Positions 22,985 through 30,021 of a DNA stretch of 41,966 nt are shown here, in pieces. Position 1 is the stretch's first letter. Each line of letters begins with the position of its first letter. Position numbers and translations under genes: made by a program. The DNA lies in IMG/VR virus record IMGVR_UViG_3300045988_069551. The stretch is one strand, 5' to 3'. The notes below the pieces were generated by a model. It ran no database searches. It worked only from the letters and a program-made list of their open reading frames with translations, and was not told where the DNA came from. Source of the stretch: a virus.

Positions 22985-23335
22985 ATGAACAAGATAATTC
23001 AAATTCAAGAAGTTTTGGAAGAAAAGAGACAAGTTTATTTGCCTAATACACTGTTATACTCAAAAGGCGATTTTTTAATGGATATACAGGGGCACGGCAT
23101 GGAACCTGATTATCCGGATGGTTCTACGGTAATCGTATCCCAGCATGAAAAAGTAGATATTAAGGATACCGGAATATTTTTGCTTAACGAAAAATTAATG
23201 ATTAAAGAATTAGGCGAAAATGAACTAGTGTGCAAAAATAATGACTTTGAAAATATTCCATTAAGTGAATCTGATACCGTTATATGTATCGGAAAAGTGA
23301 TTGGTATATGTAATAAAGATGATATTATTTTTTAA
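22985..23335 (+). CDS. Stand-alone S24/LexA-like peptidase-fold domain lacking the Ser nucleophile
   Basis: ATG at 22985 is preceded by GAGGGA. FLMDIQGHGMEPDYPDGSTVIV...LMIKEL...VICIGKVIG aligns with the G-x-S-M...GD.v.V...vKrL pattern, but reads GHGM (Ser replaced by Gly). Confidence 0.65.
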   Translation: MNKIIQIQEVLEEKRQVYLPNTLLYSKGDFLMDIQGHGMEPDYPDGSTVIVSQHEKVDIKDTGIFLLNEKLMIKELGENELVCKNNDFENIPLSESDTVICIGKVIGICNKDDIIF

Positions 23336-23407
23336 GATGTTACGCCTGATGGCTTAACATATATGTGGTGTTTTCTTAATACAGGTACAAAAGAAACGGG
23401 GGATAAT

Positions 23408-24463
23408 ATGGACTTTAATGAAGCTATCAAGCAATTTTCAAAAAGAGTGGGGGCCTTAAAAGAAACTATTAAGACAGAAGAAGCAACCAAGATGTCTTTG
23501 ATAGTTCCGATCTTTCAATTACTTGGGTACGATGTGTTTAATCCGCTAGAGTTTTGCCCTGAGTATACAGCAGATGTGGGTATTAAAAAAGGGGAAAAAG
23601 TAGATTATGCAATATTAGAAGACGGTAAGCCTTCGATATTGATTGAATGTAAAAGTTGCACAGAACAGCTAGACAAACATTCTTCGCAATTATTTCGTTA
23701 TTTTGGAACGACACCTGCAAAATTCGGTATTCTAACGAATGGTATAATATACAGGTTTTTTACCGATTTAGAAGAAGCTAATAAAATGGATTTAATTCCC
23801 TTCCTGGAGATCGACATAACCAACATAAAGGATGCATCCATAAATGAGATAAAGAAATTCTGCAAAGATTCTTTCGATAAAGATAAAATATTTAGCACAG
23901 CAGAAGAGTTGAAGTATTCTGGCCTTATTAAAGATTATCTTTCTAAAGAATTGGATAACCCTTCGGAAGATTTTGTTAAACATGTGCTCTATTATATTTA
24001 TGATGGCCAAAGAACTCAAAAAGTAATTGAAAAGTATCAGCCATTAGTTAAAAAAGCGTTTAATGCATTTATAAACGATATTGTAAATCAAAAAATTGCA
24101 TCTGCACTATCAAAAGATGAAGTAGAAAACGATGCTTCCGAAAATGAAGAGGTGGTAGAACCTCATTCAAAGATAGTGACAACAGAAGAAGAACTGGAAG
24201 CATTCTACATAATCCGTGGTATTTTGGCCGAAGTAGTTCCCGTAGAAGATATCGTGCATAGAGATACTGAAAGTTATTTCGGTATTCTATATAAAGACAA
24301 TAATAGAAAACCTATTTGCCGCATAAATCTGGATAAAAAGAATAAACAATTATTTATTCCGGATGAAAACAAAAAATTTGAACGCATTTATATTGATTCC
24401 CTGAACGAGCTTTACAAGTATAAAAAGCAGCTTGAGGAAGTTGTGAAAAGATATACTGAATAA
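23408..24463 (+). CDS. Stand-alone PD-(D/E)xK nuclease-fold protein (type I restriction HsdR N-terminal-domain type)
   Basis: ATG at 23408 is preceded by ACGGGGGA. EEATKMSLIVPIFQLLGY...KVDYAILEDGKPSILIECKS...SQLFRY is the HsdR_N-type D...ExK core. 351 aa, with no helicase or methylase domains. Confidence 0.7.
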   Translation: MDFNEAIKQFSKRVGALKETIKTEEATKMSLIVPIFQLLGYDVFNPLEFCPEYTADVGIKKGEKVDYAILEDGKPSILIECKSCTEQLDKHSSQLFRYFGTTPAKFGILTNGIIYRFFTDLEEANKMDLIPFLEIDITNIKDASINEIKKFCKDSFDKDKIFSTAEELKYSGLIKDYLSKELDNPSEDFVKHVLYYIYDGQRTQKVIEKYQPLVKKAFNAFINDIVNQKIASALSKDEVENDASENEEVVEPHSKIVTTEEELEAFYIIRGILAEVVPVEDIVHRDTESYFGILYKDNNRKPICRINLDKKNKQLFIPDENKKFERIYIDSLNELYKYKKQLEEVVKRYTE

Positions 24464-24464
24464 T

Positions 24465-24493
24465 AAAAACCGCCCCTGCGCCAACAGGAACGG
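24465..24493 (-). terminator. Leftward-facing intrinsic terminator
   Basis: Minus-strand RNA CCGUUCCUG-UUGGCG-CAGGGGCGG forms a 9-bp stem (two G-U pairs) followed by UUUUU. On the plus strand the stem has two C-A mismatches and no U-tract. Confidence 0.55.
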
Positions 24494-24554
24494 CTTAATA
24501 CACCACCCGAAGGTATGTACATTATCAGAACAATATTATTGTATCATCTTCGGT

Positions 24555-24585
24555 GACGGTCTGCAAGAGACAGGCTGTCTTTTTT
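24555..24585 (+). terminator. Rightward-facing intrinsic terminator after the nuclease gene
   Basis: GACGGUCUG-caagaga-CAGGCUGUC forms a 9-bp stem (two G-U pairs) followed by U6. Confidence 0.6.
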
Positions 24586-24616
24586 ATACAATTTTTTACA
24601 GACAGGAGATGATATT

Positions 24617-25795
24617 ATGGCACTGATGACCTGCCCAGAATGCGAAGGAAAAGTATCCAGCAAAGCCATTATATGCCCTCATTGCGGCTATCCGATGCAG
24701 GATAAGCCAATCCCTACCAAACCAACTAAAAAGGGCAAGAAGCGGCGCCCTAATGGCTCAGGGACAATCGTAAAGCTATCCGGCAACCGAAGGAAGCCGT
24801 ACCAAGTCCGTGTGAACACACGCCTGGACGACCGCGGGTATCCGGCGTTTGACATCTTAGACAACTTCCCAGATCGAGTCCAGGCCGAGATAGCCCTAGC
24901 AAAATATAACGAGAACCCATATGACGTAAACCTGCGCGGTCTGACTTTTACTGAGGTCTACGAGAATTGGTACATGCGGAAGTATGGCAAAGATCCGAAC
25001 AAGAAGCAGAAGGGGCAGCGTTCGTCTGCTGAATACGCCAGCCGCGCAGCATATAAAAAATGTCTCACTCTCCATGATAAAGTCTATTCAAAACTACGAA
25101 CTCAAGAGATGCAGAAGATTGTAGACTGTCCTGACTATTCCCATTCCATGACCGAGCATATATCTTCCCTGCTGAGAAATATGGGGAAGTACGCACTGGA
25201 ATTTGACATAACCGCCAAGGACTATGCATCTTTCATAGTAATCAATAAGGAGGATGATACAGAAAAAGGCGTGCCATTTACAACAGAGGAAATGCGTAAG
25301 CTGTGGGCACACAAAGATAGCCCATTTGTAGACACCATCCTCATATACTGTTACTCCGGCTGGCGGCTAAATGAACTGGCCCGGATGCCGCTGAAAGATA
25401 TCGACCTGGAGAATAAGGTATTTAATGGCGGTCTTAAAACCCCTGCAGGCAAAAACAGGATTGTCCCCATCCATTCTGCTATCAACAGCTTTGTCAGGAC
25501 GAGATATAACCTAAACTTTAAAAGCCTGATTTACCATGATGGTAACGTGAATATCGGAGAAGGAAAATACCGTGAATATTTCGCTCAGGCTCTGCTTGAC
25601 TGCGGAATCACTACAGAACATACGCCGCATGACTGCCGCCATACCTTTAACTCTAAGTTGGACAGTTCCGGTGTAAACCTTTCCTGCAGGCTCAAACTGA
25701 TGGGCCATGCCGGTGGTAATATTAACGAGAAAGTATATACTCACAAGACCATCGATGAGCTGCGAGAAGCGGTTGAGATGATAAAGGTTCCGTGA
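24617..25795 (+). CDS. int: Tyrosine site-specific integrase with N-terminal zinc ribbon
   Basis: N-terminus CPECEGKVSSKAIICPHCG. C-terminal catalytic pattern ...GWRLNEL...HDCRHTF...GHAGGNINEKVYTH (R...HxxR...H...Y). Confidence 0.9.
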   Translation: MALMTCPECEGKVSSKAIICPHCGYPMQDKPIPTKPTKKGKKRRPNGSGTIVKLSGNRRKPYQVRVNTRLDDRGYPAFDILDNFPDRVQAEIALAKYNENPYDVNLRGLTFTEVYENWYMRKYGKDPNKKQKGQRSSAEYASRAAYKKCLTLHDKVYSKLRTQEMQKIVDCPDYSHSMTEHISSLLRNMGKYALEFDITAKDYASFIVINKEDDTEKGVPFTTEEMRKLWAHKDSPFVDTILIYCYSGWRLNELARMPLKDIDLENKVFNGGLKTPAGKNRIVPIHSAINSFVRTRYNLNFKSLIYHDGNVNIGEGKYREYFAQALLDCGITTEHTPHDCRHTFNSKLDSSGVNLSCRLKLMGHAGGNINEKVYTHKTIDELREAVEMIKVP

Positions 25796-25855
25796 TACTT
25801 TTGTGATACTAGTAGGTAAAAAACGAGCAATTTTAACATATCACAAAAGTATCAC
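25792..25855. repeat. 17-bp perfect inverted repeat at the integrase stop
   Basis: GTGATACTTTTGTGATA (25792-25808) and TATCACAAAAGTATCAC (25839-25855), with a 30-nt spacer. Each arm holds two GTGATAC units. Confidence 0.85.
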
Positions 25856-26290
25856 AAACCCATCAGATACGCGATTCTTCAATTCTGCACAAACGGCAAA
25901 ATGTTAAAATACATCAACTTTTTTAAGAAGTTATAAGATTTTATGAATGGGAATGCTTGAAAATAGGGGATTCTATTGAGATATGATACTAGTAAGATAC
26001 TATTAAGTATTATTTCCATACATTTATAACTGGCCAAAAAGCGATAAAATACTTAGAAATTGAATCCAAAGTATCCTGTTTATTTCACTAAATCGCAAAT
26101 TCAAACATTGAGATTTAAAATTTTGATTGCTTATTATCGCCGAGCATGTTAAGGTGTAACCAGGTGGAAGCTATCTCCTTGCTTTTTTTAGCTTCTTTCC
26201 CACTACATTCAAGCCCGGAATCCATAAGTGATGTTGTCCCCTTGTCAAGTAGGCAGGGATCATATCAATGGCTCCGGGCTATAATTGTAC
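25796..26290. other. ORF-free AT-rich region, putative attP
   Basis: Lies next to int. Carries GTGATAC-type repeats, the TGATACTAGTA direct repeat (25804 and 25984), the 8-bp inverted repeat TCCGGGCT/AGCCCGGA (about 26213 / 26271) and GAAGCTA/TAGCTTC. The core site is not identifiable without attB. Confidence 0.5.
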
Positions 26291-27268
26291 CTAAAAAATC
26301 TGGAATCGGTCAATAGGCTGTCCAAAACATCCAGCATATCCATCCTGCCCGTTAGATGTCTCGTTATCGTACTGCCACGGCCAATAGTTGCCATTCACAG
26401 GGCTGACCCGGTACTGTGCCTTCTGGTAACCGTATTTTGCCGCATAGTCCGCCGGGGTCTCATAATATATCTCTATTGCATCAATAGGCTGTCCGTTCCC
26501 GGCATATCCGTTATTATGGTCATTTTTGTTGTACCCGGTTACCCACGGTAGCCACCCGACTCCCATGACATGCACGCGGTATTTGATGGATCCTTTGTCG
26601 ACTTTGATCGCGACTTTCCGGATCCAGTGGCCGCGGATTCCGGCATAGTCATTCAAGTTCACAACCTCCGGCAGCCATCCGTCGTTATCCGTAAAGACCA
26701 TGTACGTGAAGTCCACGCCCGGCGTCCCGGCATAAGATGGTGACGGAGATGGCGTCTGTGTCTCCACATAATTAGGGCTTCCGGCATTGCCGCCCATGAG
26801 TGCCTTAATCCTCTGTACAAAATAAGCCTTAGTTGCATCCCTGCCTCCATGAATCTCAACTGACCTATGAGGGCACGCTGTAGCGTATACCTCTTGATGC
26901 AATCTAATTGTGCTGCTCGATGGCGTAATGCCGTATTGCTTGCACTTCTGCGCTGCCAAGGCAAGAGCTTTTTCCTCGTTGGCTTTAAAATTGTCCAAAT
27001 CCCCCATGCTCTGGCAGACCTCTATGGACAGGTAATTGTTGTTGCCATCCATATCCCCGCAGTGCCATGCACAGTTATAATCGTCCTCTGCTTGTAAAAT
27101 TCCATCTGCAGCCACATAATAATGCGCAAATCCATTTCCTAAATCATGTGTAGGTAGCCAATTTCTGTAAAATGCTGCGTTCGCATTCTGGCTCCCTGCA
27201 TCGTTGTGTATAAAAATACCTACTGGGTTCCTTCCTCTAATTCTCGCTATTCCTCTACAAATACTCAT
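26291..27268 (-). CDS. Endolysin: N-acetylmuramoyl-L-alanine amidase (Amidase_2/PGRP type) with two ChW-like wall-binding repeats
   Basis: IFIHNDAG...FAHYYV...AWHCGD...LSIEVCQ...RLHQEVYATACPH. C-terminal repeats YRVHVMGVGWLPWVTG...GYAGNGQPIDAIEIYY and ...YWPWQYD...GYAGCFGQPIDRFQIF. ATG at 27268 follows AAAGGAG. Confidence 0.85.
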   Translation of the reverse strand: MSICRGIARIRGRNPVGIFIHNDAGSQNANAAFYRNWLPTHDLGNGFAHYYVAADGILQAEDDYNCAWHCGDMDGNNNYLSIEVCQSMGDLDNFKANEEKALALAAQKCKQYGITPSSSTIRLHQEVYATACPHRSVEIHGGRDATKAYFVQRIKALMGGNAGSPNYVETQTPSPSPSYAGTPGVDFTYMVFTDNDGWLPEVVNLNDYAGIRGHWIRKVAIKVDKGSIKYRVHVMGVGWLPWVTGYNKNDHNNGYAGNGQPIDAIEIYYETPADYAAKYGYQKAQYRVSPVNGNYWPWQYDNETSNGQDGYAGCFGQPIDRFQIF

Positions 27269-27316
27269 ACAAATCTCCTTTCTTTCGGCATTGCGCCGCA
27301 CAGTAAAAAAGGACGC

Positions 27317-27802
27317 TTATTTTGCGTCCCCTGAATCTGATTTATTAGTAATATCTACCTTATCCTCTACTTGTGATTTGATATTCTTTACGAGCGGCTC
27401 CAGAAAACCTGGTATATTTACTCCCATATCCTTAACATTTTCAAGTATACTGATAATCTCATTGCAAATAATCCATAATGCAACGATGCATGCCACTAAA
27501 AATGTAAACGGCATGGTAAATCCAACTATATCCGATGCGTAAATAAGCATCTGATCAATGATTGCCCCTACCACAATGAGTAACCACATGCATATCTTTT
27601 TCATAATACCGCGAATGCTTTTATACGAATTAATGTCCTGATTTCGGTATGGCGATGCCATAAGCCCTGTTATGTAGTCAATCAGGTTACAAACAACGAC
27701 CAGAACTACTGGCAATGCCAGAACACCTATCAGGGACGTCAGGAATCCAAACACGGTCGCGACTGCCGCCTTAATGTAATTTGCCTGTTCCATCTTCTTC
27801 AT
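27317..27802 (-). CDS. Holin (phage_holin_4_1 / LL-H-type)
   Basis: Several TM segments (AAVATVFGFLTSLIGVLALPVVLVVVCNLIDYITG, ICMWLLIVVGAIID, FTFLVACIVALWII), immediately upstream of the endolysin. The start is uncertain (27802 or 27793). Confidence 0.8.
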   Translation of the reverse strand: MKKMEQANYIKAAVATVFGFLTSLIGVLALPVVLVVVCNLIDYITGLMASPYRNQDINSYKSIRGIMKKICMWLLIVVGAIIDQMLIYASDIVGFTMPFTFLVACIVALWIICNEIISILENVKDMGVNIPGFLEPLVKNIKSQVEDKVDITNKSDSGDAK

Positions 27803-27878
27803 TTTCCTCACTCTCTTTCTATTGTTTTCACAAAAATAAGACCTCAAGGGTCTTGCTCTGATTTTCATCTACTTCTCC

Positions 27879-28859
27879 TTAATTAATTTGTTTGCCGTTT
27901 ACATATAGGTTTCCGACTATGTACATATCTCCATTTTGGCGTGTAGTGCCAGTCACCATAAAATTGCCTCTTACCTCTACATTGATCGTATCAAGATAAG
28001 CATTGGTACCTAATATAATTTCGCCGACATTCTTACTATAATCCCACGTACTTTTTAATACACTGAAGTTACTCGTAGAACCATTTCTATAATGCTCTAC
28101 GCTTAAATTAATATGTTTAGCCACTATAGCTAGCCCTAAGTATCCCGTTCCCGAAACAACACCTGATTGATATATCTTTGCATACCATTCTTTTATTCCA
28201 TTATACTCAGAATACAGGGTCATTCTCCCGCTGTTAAAATCTACCTGGAAGTTTTCTGAACCAATAGTAGCGTACTTGAATTCACAGTTTTCCGCATATA
28301 TCCCACTATTATCCCATCTGCCTATTTGTGCCCCTGATGCGTTTAGTATACTAATTCGGTCATCCTGAATACCGCCTACGGTAACAGAACCTAAGAACTT
28401 GCCATTTTTGGCTTCCATACTGCCATCAGCGAGGATTTTGAAGTTCTGGTTTGCTGTTACAATACCATTTAAATTGATCTTGTTAGCATTGATAGTTACT
28501 GACTCCGCAGATTGATTTATTGTGGAAATAAGGCTGTCCTTACTTACTTTTAGCTGTATCTCCTGTGAATTAAGTTCAATCGATGCCTTGGCCTGGGTTA
28601 TTGCACTGAGGACACCGTTAATGTCTTTGTATTCTGAGGATGATACTGCCAAATTTATTGAGTTCAAATCCATTTCGACAGCCGATAATTTGCTGTACAT
28701 TGTCTTATCGCCGTTTTTCAATTCCTCAATTTCGGATGCTGATATCAGGAGAGAGATATTACCCTGTATTACATTGATCGCGGTCTCCTGTGCCGTAAAC
28801 TTCCTTGATATTGCATATCTGTCGTAGACCGTTGCGCGGGATGCCAATATTAAGGACAT
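27879..28859 (-). CDS. Tail fibre / tail spike-like structural protein
   Basis: ATG at 28859 (MSLILAS...) follows GAGGTGATACG. Coiled-coil-like N-terminus and beta-rich C-terminus. Last structural gene before lysis. Confidence 0.65.
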   Translation of the reverse strand: MSLILASRATVYDRYAISRKFTAQETAINVIQGNISLLISASEIEELKNGDKTMYSKLSAVEMDLNSINLAVSSSEYKDINGVLSAITQAKASIELNSQEIQLKVSKDSLISTINQSAESVTINANKINLNGIVTANQNFKILADGSMEAKNGKFLGSVTVGGIQDDRISILNASGAQIGRWDNSGIYAENCEFKYATIGSENFQVDFNSGRMTLYSEYNGIKEWYAKIYQSGVVSGTGYLGLAIVAKHINLSVEHYRNGSTSNFSVLKSTWDYSKNVGEIILGTNAYLDTINVEVRGNFMVTGTTRQNGDMYIVGNLYVNGKQIN

Positions 28860-28948
28860 CGTATCACCTCTTTCTTTTTTTAAGGACCTTATTTGTGTTT
28901 TTATGTAAATCAACTAAATAGCAATTTAGGCGGCTTGACTTTTGAACA

Positions 28949-29236
28949 TCAACTCATCGCCTCTGTAACCGCGGAATACTCCGCCGACAATGTACTGTCG
29001 TTTGATGGAGCACAATTGTATCCCGGCAGCTTCCAAAACTGTGCGTTCTTGGCCGTGCTTAATTCCGCAGCATCAACAGGCAAGCAGAGTGTATATCTGA
29101 TAATAATGGGTGCCGCCGATGCCGCGCCGGTACTTATTAAGATAGACGGCGGCTCAGATACGCTATATCCAAAACTTGCGAAGACATCCAGTAACAGGGT
29201 ATACGCTGTCTGGAGTACGTCCGCAACTGCCGGCAT
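28949..29236 (-). CDS. Hypothetical protein (strand assignment uncertain)
   Basis: 95-aa ATG ORF that fits the gap in the minus-strand operon. A 123-aa plus-strand ORF (28893-29264, TTG start) covers the same DNA. Confidence 0.4.
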   Translation of the reverse strand: MPAVADVLQTAYTLLLDVFASFGYSVSEPPSILISTGAASAAPIIIRYTLCLPVDAAELSTAKNAQFWKLPGYNCAPSNDSTLSAEYSAVTEAMS

Positions 29237-29260
29237 ACATACCAGCCTATTTAAGCTATA

Positions 29261-30004
29261 TTAGGATGGCTTTGCTATAAAGGTCTCATTGATATTAACG
29301 CCCACACCTGTTGCGATATCTGCCGTAGGCGTGTAGGTTACCTTGCCATCCACGTCTATAGATATCCTAAATAAACGGCTTGTTGTACCGCCGCCTAAAA
29401 CATATTTTATGATTTTATACGATGGTCGATATGCGGCTGGAAGCGTGCCAATGACAAATTCTGAGTTTGCTGGAACATCCTTTAAAATTAATCCGGCGCA
29501 TTGTAACTGCATCACACGTCCACTTACAATTACACTGGTCGTAGGGTAATAAGTCGAATTGGTCAGCGTAAAATTTGCCGCATTCAAATTGCTATTTAGT
29601 GCAGTAAGTGATGTAACCAGCTCATTGATAGAACCAACCAGATTTGTTTTCTCGGTTGTGGTTAATGCGTCCAGACTCCCAATTAACGTTAATGCAGACG
29701 TAATCGATTCTAATAAAGCCTTCCCCTGCGGCGCCGCTAATACTTTCGTTGTGTCTGTCGTAGTTAGATTATTGGCAATTCCAGACGATGTGAGTTTGCC
29801 AGCAATTAAATTAGCCAGCGCAGCCTCTAGATCTGATTGTGCTACCTTGCTTTTGGTTGCAAGTTCCCCCAACCCTAGTTTTGTTTTTATCCGATTAAAA
29901 ATATTCAGAAAAGATATCTTCCTGGTTGATGCAGCATCCTGCAGCAGAAAAATATCTACATCATCCGGATTTGTTTTTTCCGTATATTCATTAAATTTTG
30001 GCAT
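29261..30004 (-). CDS. Tail fibre-like structural protein
   Basis: 247 aa in the tail-tip module. N-terminus MPKFNEYTEKTNPDDVDIFLLQDAAS... followed by a Thr/Ala/Leu-rich helical repeat region. Confidence 0.6.
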   Translation of the reverse strand: MPKFNEYTEKTNPDDVDIFLLQDAASTRKISFLNIFNRIKTKLGLGELATKSKVAQSDLEAALANLIAGKLTSSGIANNLTTTDTTKVLAAPQGKALLESITSALTLIGSLDALTTTEKTNLVGSINELVTSLTALNSNLNAANFTLTNSTYYPTTSVIVSGRVMQLQCAGLILKDVPANSEFVIGTLPAAYRPSYKIIKYVLGGGTTSRLFRISIDVDGKVTYTPTADIATGVGVNINETFIAKPS

Positions 30005-30021
30005 GTTCTCCTCCTACTGTT

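Noticed and set aside
26205-26285. A tRNA-3'-end-like attP core around cattcaagcccggaatcc
   Set aside because: The sequence flanking the TTCAAGC loop cannot form a 5-bp T-stem, and no acceptor or CCA-like continuation is present. No tRNA-like cloverleaf could be drawn anywhere in the window.
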